Of a stretch of DNA of 43,177 nt, positions 18,222-27,224 are shown one piece after another. A program made the position numbers and the translations under genes. Origin of the DNA: an uncultured Deferribacteres bacterium (GTDB taxonomy: Bacteria > Zhuqueibacterota > Zhuqueibacteria > Zhuqueibacterales > Geothermadaptataceae). Numbering within the stretch: the first letter of the stretch is position 1; each line of letters opens with the position of its first letter. The stretch lies in assembly GCA_964014485.1 (NCBI GenBank), contig CAXHAT010000049.1:1-43177 (forward strand), in the 5' to 3' direction. The notes beneath the pieces are model-generated. The model was not told where the DNA came from and made no database searches. It saw nothing but the letters and a program-made list of their open reading frames with translations.

Positions 18222-18519
18222 TAACCCGACATTCCGCACACAAGAATTGGAAATGGAAATAATTTCTTCATCTCATTAACACCGTCCTTCAGGGCGGTGA
18301 CAAGAGCGTCCTTCCACCCTTCTCCCCCGCCGCGCAAGCTCGGCGTGGGAAAAGAAAAGTGTGATTTTACCAAAACCCCGGCTTAAAAGCCGGGGCTAAT
18401 GAGAGGCAAAATCTCATCAGGCGCAAAAGAAGTCTTGCAGCCGCACTAAAATTGTCGAAAAAGCGCTTTTTCAACAAATGATTTCAAATGCGACGATTGA
18501 CGTGCGGAATGTCGGCTAA
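18222..18519. mobile_element. Second MITE/REP-composite element
   Basis: Terminal inverted repeats ccgacattccgcac (18226-18239) / gtgcggaatgtcgg (18502-18515); internal hairpins caccgtccttcagggcggtg and ccccggcttaaaagccgggg bracketed by tctcatta/taatgaga. Confidence 0.7.
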
Positions 18520-18546
18520 CCTTTAAAACCTTGTAAATAAACCCAA

Positions 18547-21500
18547 GTGAAGACGTTTTTACAACGCGACGGCGTCAGCCAATTCGCAAGGCGTTTAACG
18601 GCGCTCGATCCTGAATACGCTCCCATCGACGAGCGTACGTTCAAGGATTTGCTCGCTTTCGCCCGCGAACTGGCCAAAGAATTGAATTATTTTGGCGTAG
18701 AAAACGGTCAGATTTCGGTGCAAAGCGACTGGAGCGCTTTTCTCAACGAAGACGCCGATCTCGATGAAATCGTCGCGTACATGCAGAATCCGGAGAAGTT
18801 TTCAGCAGAGCAAGCGGCGCCTTGGTCACGGCCGCATTTTGCACTTTTCCTCTCGTTCCTGCATCTGTTGCGTCACGCTCAAGATCAACTGAACGGTCTC
18901 ACCAAAAAACACCTCGATTTCTACTACCGGCAAGTGCTGGGCATGACCAAAAAGCAAGCACTGCCCGATCAAGTGAACGTGCTGATCGACCTGGCCCCGA
19001 ACGTCGAGCAATTCGAACTGCTTGAAGGCACGCTGCTAAATGCAGGCGTTGACAGCAGCGGGCGGGACTTGCTCTACAAAACCGACCGCACTTTTGTCGC
19101 CAACCAGGCGCAGGTGGCGAAGCTCAGCTCAATCTTCGCGGAAAAGGAAGTGACCGGAATCCGTGAAGCTCGCGAACTTTATGACGGCCCGAAAGAAGAA
19201 GCTTTTGTCGAAATGCTCAAGATCGCTCTCGGCGCGCCATTGCCGGGAGAATTATTGCCGAGCTATCGCGAAGATGATGAAAAGCCGGTCGACTACGCGC
19301 AACTGTTGTTGCTTAACGATCTCGCCAACTTTGTTCCGGAAGACCTTTACCTCAGCTTTCCAGATTTTCGCGAGATGATGCGTCTCAAAAAACAACGCGA
19401 CGAAGCGCATGACGAATGGACGGCGATCAATCAGTTTTTGGAAAAAGCCGGACAAACGAGAGAGCCGGAATTTGTTTTAGAGCCTGCAGATCCGCGAGAT
19501 TTTGACGCCAACCTGTTGAAAGCGCTGGGCAACCCGAGCGAGGAGGAATTCAGCAGCCTGTTCGACGGTATTCCAGAGATCAAGACGATTTACGACGCTT
19601 ACAATTTGCGCAATCGTTCCGATATTCGTCCCGCCTTGAAGGAGCGCATCCAGGAACGTCTGTTTTTAGGGATCGATGATTTCACTGAAATGATGCACTT
19701 CAAAGTGCGCATCGACAATGAATGGTCGGAAGTCAATCGCATCTTGACGGAAGCGGCGAGAACGCAGCGCAAAAACCCGCAGTTTTCGCTAAAAATCACC
19801 GAACCTTCGGCGTTCGACGACAACTTGAAAAAGGCGGTGGGCGCGGATATTTTCACCAAATTGGAAGCGCGCAGCAAGACGAAAACGCTGCGAGATTACT
19901 GCGATGAAGTCGCATACTTGGAAGGCTACTTTTTTATGCCCGTCGAGCACTTTGTCTTCATCATGTCAGTCGTCGGAAGAGAGCAGCCTTTATCGCAAGA
20001 GTGGGATCACGTCTACAAAATACTGGCTGAGGCGCACAAGCAAAAAGTCTTCTCGAATCGGCGCGAGATGTTGCGGCAAAAGAATCGGGACGAGGGCTTT
20101 GAGAACATGCTGGCTTTCGCGGTCGGAGATGACGGACGACAAGCGGAACTGCCGCCGTTGCAGCTTTTGCTCGAACACATCAAAAACGCCGCTAACGCGC
20201 GCTTTCTTGAGGACATTGAAGCCAAAGTCAAAAAAATCGCCGATGGCGAGACCGAAATCGAAATATCGGACGATGAATGGGAAAAAACTTACCGCATCGT
20301 CGAGCTTGCACAGCGCAGTTTAGAAAATCTTGAGGAGCCAACGGCGCAAAAAGAAGAATGGCGCAACCTTTACGCATTTGCAGATGCAACGGCCGCCGCC
20401 GTCTCTCTCGAAATTGAAAATGACGACCAAAATGCGCGGTGGAAAACGTTTGGGCACGGCCAACCCGTCGTGGCAGCAGAGACTCCCCCGCCCCCGGAAT
20501 TCGGCTTTGGCCTCTGCTCCCCGATCCTGACGCTCAATGAAGGCAAACGGACGATTACTTTGACTTTAGGCTTTGAAAGTGAGCAGTTTGACGCTGAAAA
20601 AATCGAGGCTCTCTGGCAGGATGAAACGCCGGGACCTTTTCGAATTGAAATTTCAACGGCGGAGGGCTGGGCAGCGGCGAGTCAAGTCGAATTTGCAATC
20701 GGCGACTATTCAGCCTTGAGCAGCACTGACGAGCTTGAAGAACCGCTGCAGGCATTGCAATTCAAACTCACTTTCCCGGAAGACGTTCCCCCGTTGACCC
20801 CGCCGGACGATCAAGCTCAAATCGCGTCAGACCATCCCGTGCTCAGAATTATGTTGCGCCAAATTTGGCAGCCGCACGGGGATTCAGGCGTTAGCGGGCG
20901 CTATATAACGCAATATCGCGCATTCAAGGATTTGGTGCTCAAAAGGGCGCGGATCAAAGTCGAAGCCTCGGGAATCCTGCCGTCTCAGGCGCAAAACGAT
21001 GAGTCGTCATTGGATGCGAGTAAGCCGTTTGAACCGTTTGGTGTAAGTCCTGCTGTTGGGTCGCGCTTGCTTTTGGGGCACCCGGAACTGGCGGCGAAAA
21101 AGCTCGACGCCCTGAATTTTACTTTAGAATGGATGAACGCCCCGGAAAGTTTTGTCGATCATTATGTAAATTATAGCGCCGTTCCCGAAGGGACTCAATT
21201 TACAAGCCGGATCAGCCTCATCGAAAAACGTCTCGACCGCGAAATCCGCGAAAAAGAGCCTTTGTTCGCAGCCAAGAATCCGAACGAGCTCCACACAATC
21301 TCCTTGCAGGATATTGCAGCAAAAACCAAAAGTCACAGAGCCGCAGAGCCTTCCATTGAAGCAGGTGATCTGCTGCAGTGGAGCCGTTACTTGCAATTTG
21401 AGTTGAATACGCCTGATTTTCAGCATGACGCCTATCCGGCAATCGTGGCGCAAAAATCCGTCGAATTTGCGGCCAAGATTGCAAACAAGGAAACTGTCGA

Positions 21501-22947
21501 TCCTAAAGATTACCAAGTCGCTCCGCCGTACACGCCCAAACTGAAGAAATTGACTTTTTCCTATACGTCGTCTCTTGAGATCGTTATGGAAGACCGCCAG
21601 CCAGGCGAAGGGCTGGACAGAATGTACCACATCCACCCTTTCGGTTATTGTGAACTTCGGCCTGAGGACGAGACGGGAAAAAGTCATTTTATGCCGCAGT
21701 TCAATTTCGAAGGCGAACTTTACATTGGCGTCAGAAATGTTCAGGCGCCCCAGAATTTATCGCTTTTGTTTCAAATGGCGGAGGGCAGCGCCGATCCGGA
21801 TATTGAGCCGGAACCGGTGCAATGGAGCCGCCTCGACGGCGACCACTGGGTAAGCATGGAAAACGGCGTACTGGAAGACGCCACAAGAGGCTTGATCAAC
21901 TCCGGCGTGATTTTATTCGACCTAAAGCCCGCACAACCGAGCACACTTTTTCCAAACGATCTTTACTGGCTGAGAGCAGCGATTCCGCGCAAATCAAGCA
22001 GCGTTTGCGACGCTGTGGCCATCCATGCACAAGCCGTCTCAGCAACTTTTGTCGACCATGACAATGCACCGGATCATTTAGATTCGCCATTGCCGGCAGA
22101 GAGCATTTCCGACCTTGCCGATCCTTTGCCTGAGATCGGCGGCGTACGCCAACCTTACACTTCTTTCGGCGGCAAACCGGCGGAATCGGACGCTTTTTTT
22201 TACACGCGTATTAGCGAACGTTTGCGCCATAAGCGCCGCGCCCTTTCGATTTGGGATTACGAGCACATGATCCTGGATCAATTTCCTGAGATTTACAAAG
22301 CCAAGTGCCTTCCGGCCAGCCCCGAGCGTCCCGGAAACGTGGAAGTGATCGTGATTCCTGAAATTCGGAACAAACTCCCTTTCAATCCATTCGAGCCCAA
22401 AGCGCCGACGAACATGTTGGCGGATATTGAAACTTATTTGTCGAAAAACGTGCCGGGATTTGTGTCTGTGAATGTGAAAAACGCCCGCTACATTCCGGTC
22501 AAAATTCGCGTCGGCGTGCGCTTTCTGCCAAGAAAGAACGAGGGTTTTTACAAGCAGCGATTGAACGACTCGCTGAACCGTTTCCTTTCGCCCTGGGCTT
22601 ACGACGAAGGCGCGGACGTCGTTATCGGCGGCAGAGTCTACGCTAATGTCATCATAAATTTCATCGAAGAACAGTCGTACGTTGATTATGTCGCGCAAAT
22701 AAAACTGTTTCACAGCGAAGACGGCGGGGCGACTTTTAAGCTCGCTCTGCCTCAAGAAGATTCGTCGGGCTACTGGCTCGAAACCGCTCGTCCGGACGAA
22801 GTGCTGGCGGCGGCGCGCAGTCATGAAATCGATATTATTTCCGAGAGCGGTTATGAAGACGAGAATTTCACCGGCGTGAATCATATGAAAATTGAGCTCG
22901 ATTTCATCGTCGGCGAAGATCGGGAGCAGACCGTTGTTGCAGCGTGA
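18547..22947 (+). CDS. Baseplate J/gp6-like protein (Afp11-like), 1466 aa with large helical insertion
   Basis: PHFALFLSFL, HLDFYYRQVL, WKTFG, FEPFG, YHIHPFG, GELYIG, SFGGKPAESD..FYTRISERLRHK.RAL.IWDYE, FLSPWAY. Confidence 0.92.
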   Translation: MKTFLQRDGVSQFARRLTALDPEYAPIDERTFKDLLAFARELAKELNYFGVENGQISVQSDWSAFLNEDADLDEIVAYMQNPEKFSAEQAAPWSRPHFALFLSFLHLLRHAQDQLNGLTKKHLDFYYRQVLGMTKKQALPDQVNVLIDLAPNVEQFELLEGTLLNAGVDSSGRDLLYKTDRTFVANQAQVAKLSSIFAEKEVTGIREARELYDGPKEEAFVEMLKIALGAPLPGELLPSYREDDEKPVDYAQLLLLNDLANFVPEDLYLSFPDFREMMRLKKQRDEAHDEWTAINQFLEKAGQTREPEFVLEPADPRDFDANLLKALGNPSEEEFSSLFDGIPEIKTIYDAYNLRNRSDIRPALKERIQERLFLGIDDFTEMMHFKVRIDNEWSEVNRILTEAARTQRKNPQFSLKITEPSAFDDNLKKAVGADIFTKLEARSKTKTLRDYCDEVAYLEGYFFMPVEHFVFIMSVVGREQPLSQEWDHVYKILAEAHKQKVFSNRREMLRQKNRDEGFENMLAFAVGDDGRQAELPPLQLLLEHIKNAANARFLEDIEAKVKKIADGETEIEISDDEWEKTYRIVELAQRSLENLEEPTAQKEEWRNLYAFADATAAAVSLEIENDDQNARWKTFGHGQPVVAAETPPPPEFGFGLCSPILTLNEGKRTITLTLGFESEQFDAEKIEALWQDETPGPFRIEISTAEGWAAASQVEFAIGDYSALSSTDELEEPLQALQFKLTFPEDVPPLTPPDDQAQIASDHPVLRIMLRQIWQPHGDSGVSGRYITQYRAFKDLVLKRARIKVEASGILPSQAQNDESSLDASKPFEPFGVSPAVGSRLLLGHPELAAKKLDALNFTLEWMNAPESFVDHYVNYSAVPEGTQFTSRISLIEKRLDREIREKEPLFAAKNPNELHTISLQDIAAKTKSHRAAEPSIEAGDLLQWSRYLQFELNTPDFQHDAYPAIVAQKSVEFAAKIANKETVDPKDYQVAPPYTPKLKKLTFSYTSSLEIVMEDRQPGEGLDRMYHIHPFGYCELRPEDETGKSHFMPQFNFEGELYIGVRNVQAPQNLSLLFQMAEGSADPDIEPEPVQWSRLDGDHWVSMENGVLEDATRGLINSGVILFDLKPAQPSTLFPNDLYWLRAAIPRKSSSVCDAVAIHAQAVSATFVDHDNAPDHLDSPLPAESISDLADPLPEIGGVRQPYTSFGGKPAESDAFFYTRISERLRHKRRALSIWDYEHMILDQFPEIYKAKCLPASPERPGNVEVIVIPEIRNKLPFNPFEPKAPTNMLADIETYLSKNVPGFVSVNVKNARYIPVKIRVGVRFLPRKNEGFYKQRLNDSLNRFLSPWAYDEGADVVIGGRVYANVIINFIEEQSYVDYVAQIKLFHSEDGGATFKLALPQEDSSGYWLETARPDEVLAAARSHEIDIISESGYEDENFTGVNHMKIELDFIVGEDREQTVVAA

Positions 22948-22994
22948 AAATGATACAAACCTTAAATCGCTCGCATTTTTAAAGAGGGTAAGCA

Positions 22995-24608
22995 ATGGAT
23001 GTGAAAACGAGAAGTCGGGATGAGCTGAAGGGATATTTTGTTAAAAACAGTATTCCAACCGAAGGCAATTTCGCCGATCTGATCGACGGCATGATCAATC
23101 AAAAAGACGACGGTCTAATCAAGCAATCGGGCGCGCCGCTAAGCCTGGAAGCCGTTGGCGATGACGCCAGTACAAAGAACGCGATCAACTTTTATCGAAA
23201 GCTCGTCGATGAGAATCCCGATTGGACGATCAACCTCAACCCGCGCAGCGACGCCGCCAAGCCGGAGACGGCGAAACTTGGCTTTAACATTAGCGACGGC
23301 GACGGCAACAGCAGACTTTTCATCGATCGCGCCAGCGGCAATCTTGGCGTTGGTACAATCGAAGCTCCAGCGAAACTGACCGTCAACGGCGATCTCAAAG
23401 CTTTATCGAACGCTTCCGGCGAGCGCAGTTTGGCGATGGAAGCGCCGGCGGACGGCAAACATCGCGAAGATCCGGAAAATGAAGACGATTTCAAAACCGG
23501 ACTTGTTTACCGAGCGATGCAAAACCCCGCGTCTGGCGCGCCAATCTTTCAAATCAGAAGCTCAGGCCAGGCCGTACGCCTTTTCGCTGATCATGACGGT
23601 TGGACGGGCAGTCGTCACAATTCGGCGTGGTTCGGCGGCACGAAGGACAATCATTTCGCAGCGCGTCTTGGGATAGGCACATCGGAGCCAAAAGAAAAGT
23701 TGGAGGTGTTCGGAAATATTCTCGCCAACGGCCATGTAAAAGCCACCGGCAGTGTTTATACGGCGAATCGCCCGCTGGCTTATGAAAATTATGAGATTTA
23801 TCTAAGAGGTTCGGCATACGAATCGACAGAAGGCAACAACACTTGGCTGAAAATCGGCAATGTATCCATGGACATGCGGACCAACCGCAGCCTTAACACT
23901 GTTGTGTTGAACCCTGACGGCACTTACAAAAACAAAGCGAATCATGACGTATACGGCAATGCAGATCGATGGAACAATTGGGCGGACTGGATCAATGCAA
24001 ACGCCGCTGACGGCGATGTTGTAGCCGTCGGGACTTTTGACGCCATCAATAATCCGCCCTCTGGCGGATCTGCTGAGGCGTTTTTAAAAACCATCGGGGC
24101 CGGGCAAGCATTTCAGGCGGCGCGGACGGGGGTACGCTCGCCATATGCCTTGTTGTTTATTAAAGGCCGCTTGGGCGTCATCGAATCGGCGCAGCCTTAC
24201 AAGGGGCCAAACGCTCACATAAAGACGACGTACTATGATCTACAGAAAAGCGGCGGTTGGACGCAGGAATGGGGACGGCAAGGCGCCTATAAAGTCGGCA
24301 CAGTCCCAGGCAATGCCGCGTGGCATCGAATATTGACGAAGTTGAACGGCCATCACGCCTATGAACTCATTGCAGACATCGGTCAGTCCGGACGGCATGG
24401 CCTCACCCATGCGATTGCAGTTACAACATATGGAGCCTTTGGCGGGCATAGCCGCGGAGGAATCACCAAGACGCGCGGAGACTACAACAACGGAAGAATA
24501 GACGTTCGATGGACAGGCTCAACCTATGATTTCAATCTGGAAATTAGAACGGAAGTGGCGTACAGCTCAGGCGTCAACATCACATACCGCCTTATTAAGC
24601 TTTGGTAG
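22995..24608 (+). CDS. eCIS tail fibre/adhesin (Afp13-like) with ILEI/GG-lectin-like domain
   Basis: Baseplate-anchor N-terminus RDELKGYF...PTEGNFADLID; fibre repeats GNLGVGT..PAKLTVNG and LGIGTSEPKEKLEVFG; central ILEI-like domain; C-terminal WHRIL...RWTG...IKLW domain. Confidence 0.82.
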   Translation: MDVKTRSRDELKGYFVKNSIPTEGNFADLIDGMINQKDDGLIKQSGAPLSLEAVGDDASTKNAINFYRKLVDENPDWTINLNPRSDAAKPETAKLGFNISDGDGNSRLFIDRASGNLGVGTIEAPAKLTVNGDLKALSNASGERSLAMEAPADGKHREDPENEDDFKTGLVYRAMQNPASGAPIFQIRSSGQAVRLFADHDGWTGSRHNSAWFGGTKDNHFAARLGIGTSEPKEKLEVFGNILANGHVKATGSVYTANRPLAYENYEIYLRGSAYESTEGNNTWLKIGNVSMDMRTNRSLNTVVLNPDGTYKNKANHDVYGNADRWNNWADWINANAADGDVVAVGTFDAINNPPSGGSAEAFLKTIGAGQAFQAARTGVRSPYALLFIKGRLGVIESAQPYKGPNAHIKTTYYDLQKSGGWTQEWGRQGAYKVGTVPGNAAWHRILTKLNGHHAYELIADIGQSGRHGLTHAIAVTTYGAFGGHSRGGITKTRGDYNNGRIDVRWTGSTYDFNLEIRTEVAYSSGVNITYRLIKLW

Positions 24609-24675
24609 AAACGCAGAAATCAAAACCACTCAATGTTGGTTAGCTTCTGAGCAAGTTCGCCCCAAAGAGCGTTGT

Positions 24676-24703
24676 GTAGGGGCGCATTGAAATACGCCTC
24701 TAC
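24676..24703. repeat. GTAG-type REP hairpin
   Basis: gtaggggcgcattgaaatacgcctctac, imperfect palindrome starting GTAG and ending CTAC. Confidence 0.65.
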
Positions 24704-24721
24704 CAGACTCCTTCTCGGAGT

Positions 24722-24843
24722 GGGGCTGTCCAAAAACATGGTTTCTGAACGCAAGGCGTGCACCACATGCAGGGGTTCAAAATTTTGAACCCCTACGACA
24801 TGTTGTGTAGCGCATCAAAAATATTATGTTTTGAGACAACCCC
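24722..24843. mobile_element. MITE-like element enclosing a REP palindrome
   Basis: Inverted ends ggggctgtccaaaaacat / atgttttgagacaacccc (15/18); internal perfect 24-bp palindrome aggggttcaaaattttgaacccct (24771-24794). Confidence 0.6.
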
Positions 24844-24956
24844 CAGGGACAGCAGACACGCTCAAATGCTGAAGCGTTTGACTCTGGAGTTACTCGATTA
24901 AAATCTCAGGCGTACTGGTTAGCCGGATCGCTGCAAAAACGTAAACGCGTAATTTT

Positions 24957-27068
24957 ATGCCTTCATCACCCACAATTCCAACATCGCCGCCTGAACATCC
25001 GGCCATGGATTATGATTTCCTTCGGAAGGAAGGAATTCGCCACCTGGAGCGGTTAGCAGGAAGGCTGTGGACGGATTTTAACGCCCACGATCCGGGCGTG
25101 ACCATTCTCGAACAAATATGCTACGCCATCACCGATTTGGCTTACCGCGCCAATCACGAAATATCCGATCTGCTCGCTAAAAAGGGTGAAGAATCATTTG
25201 CCGATTTGTACGGCCCGGCTCAAATCATGACCACGAGCCCGGTGACGGAAACCGATCTGCGCAAACTCGTCATCGATATTCCCGGCGTAAAAAACGCTTG
25301 GGTCGAGCGGATTGAAAACGATTGGGAAAAAGTCGACGACAGTCCGATTCCGATTTATTTCAATCCAGACCAAAACACGCTCAATCTTGAGGGCGAGTCG
25401 CTTGCGGCGGAACCGGTCTATTTAAAAGGTCTGTACCGTGTGATTTTCGAACTCTCCGACTTGCTCTACCTCGATGGAACGGAAAAGGACAAAGAAGCCG
25501 TGCGCACCAAAGTTGTGCAGCGCCTGCACGAAAATCGCGCGCTTTGCCAGGATTTCTCCGAGATCGTTCGTCTCGATTCGCAAGGCGTCCAGGTACATGC
25601 GCGCATCGAAATCGCAGCGGTTGATAACGCCGAGGATATACTGTTAGAAATCTATCAACGCATCGCTGACCACATCTCGCCGCCGATACGTTTTCTGACA
25701 ATCCACGAAATGCTGGACTCGGGTAAGCGCATGGATGAAATATTTGACGGCCCCTTGCTCGAGCACGGGTTTATCAATGATGACGCACTCGCTGTTTCGC
25801 AACGAAAAACCGTTCTTCACACCTCGGATTTTATTCGCGAAATCATGGATGTCGATGGAGTCATGGCGGTACGGGACGTTCAAATTTCTACGGGAGCCGG
25901 AAAAGCGGCGTGGTCTCTTAAGCTTGACCCAAAACGCACTCCGCGACTGGATTTGGAAGGATCGTCCCTGAGCCTTGAAAGAAACAGACTGCCCGTGAGC
26001 GTGGACAAAACTCAGGTCGAGCGCGACTGGAACGCGGTGCTTCGAAAAAGAATTGACTTCAAGCCTCCAGCGGAAGATCTGGAAATTAAACCGCCTGTCG
26101 GCCAGGATCGCAATCTCGACGCTTACTATTCAATTCAACACCAACTCCCGGCGACTTATGGCGTCGGGCATAACGGTCTCTCTGCTTCCGCTTCACCGGA
26201 ACGCAAGGCTCAGGCGCAACAACTCAAAGCCTACCTCCTTTTCTTTGATCAAATATTGGCGCAATATTTTTCTCAACTATCGCACGTGCGCAGCTTGTTT
26301 TCTTTTTCCGAAAGCGCTCGACAAACGTATTTTGCCCAAGCCATCGACGACCCGACGCTTGCCCTGGACGACGTTTATCGGCAAGACTTCGACGCGTACG
26401 CACTCAGATTACAGGAAATAACTGAAAATCCGTATGAATCTGGTCAAAAGCCGGATTCTCTCCGTCGGAACAAATTCCTGAATCACATGCTCGCCAGGTT
26501 CGCTGAACAATTCACCGACTATTCTCTGGTCATTTTCAACGTTTTGTCGAAGAGCGGCGCTTCCGCACCCGAAAAGTTAATGCGGGACAAACAACGGTTT
26601 TTGCAAGATTATCCGAAAATCAGCAGCGCACGCGGCGGAGCGTTTAATTATCTTTCGGAAGAAGGCCTGGATAACCGTTCCGGCCTGAAAGAACGAATCA
26701 GCCGCAAGCTAGGCGTCGGCGTCTCTGAGGGAAATTCGCAAACAAATGAAAGCGAAGAGTTTTATCTTGTTGAACATATTTTATTGCGTCCCATGGCGCA
26801 AGACATACAGCAGAAAGTTCCGTTTCTGGCAAAACCGCAATACCAGGATCCGTGGTCATTTCAAGTGAGCTTCGTCTTTCCGGACTGGCCGGTGCGCTAC
26901 GCCGACGCCGGATTCCGCACATTCATCGAACGCGTCGTCCGCGAAGAAACGCCCGCGCACCTTGTCGCTCACATTCACTGGCTGGATCAAGCAGAAATGA
27001 CGACCTTCAAAGTCGACTATCAACAATGGCTCAAACATCGACGCGAGTTTTGGTTGAGCGCGATGTAG
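24957..27068 (+). CDS. Baseplate protein (Afp12-like)
   Basis: WTDFNAHDPGVTILE..CYAITDLAYR, DLRKLVID, IFDGPLLEHGFI, YYSIQHQLPATYG, QLKAYLLFFDQ, FYLVEHILLRP, REETPAH. Confidence 0.9.
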   Translation: MPSSPTIPTSPPEHPAMDYDFLRKEGIRHLERLAGRLWTDFNAHDPGVTILEQICYAITDLAYRANHEISDLLAKKGEESFADLYGPAQIMTTSPVTETDLRKLVIDIPGVKNAWVERIENDWEKVDDSPIPIYFNPDQNTLNLEGESLAAEPVYLKGLYRVIFELSDLLYLDGTEKDKEAVRTKVVQRLHENRALCQDFSEIVRLDSQGVQVHARIEIAAVDNAEDILLEIYQRIADHISPPIRFLTIHEMLDSGKRMDEIFDGPLLEHGFINDDALAVSQRKTVLHTSDFIREIMDVDGVMAVRDVQISTGAGKAAWSLKLDPKRTPRLDLEGSSLSLERNRLPVSVDKTQVERDWNAVLRKRIDFKPPAEDLEIKPPVGQDRNLDAYYSIQHQLPATYGVGHNGLSASASPERKAQAQQLKAYLLFFDQILAQYFSQLSHVRSLFSFSESARQTYFAQAIDDPTLALDDVYRQDFDAYALRLQEITENPYESGQKPDSLRRNKFLNHMLARFAEQFTDYSLVIFNVLSKSGASAPEKLMRDKQRFLQDYPKISSARGGAFNYLSEEGLDNRSGLKERISRKLGVGVSEGNSQTNESEEFYLVEHILLRPMAQDIQQKVPFLAKPQYQDPWSFQVSFVFPDWPVRYADAGFRTFIERVVREETPAHLVAHIHWLDQAEMTTFKVDYQQWLKHRREFWLSAM

Positions 27069-27224
27069 CAAGACCGCCGCGAACGTCATCGCACGGATCG
27101 CATTCGAAGCAATCGTCGAGCTTTGAGCTTAAATTGATTAACATAGACGAAACCTTCGAAACACCTTGGATTATCGTCAGCTCAAAAACATTCGATCACG
27201 TTTTTTAACCAAGTACGTCAAATA

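Noticed and set aside
22078..22995. 305-aa minus-strand ORF
   Set aside because: Antisense to the conserved baseplate C-terminus
27069..27224. Structured element between Afp12 and the Ig-repeat gene
   Set aside because: Only a short inverted repeat (tttgagct/agctcaaa); too weak to call
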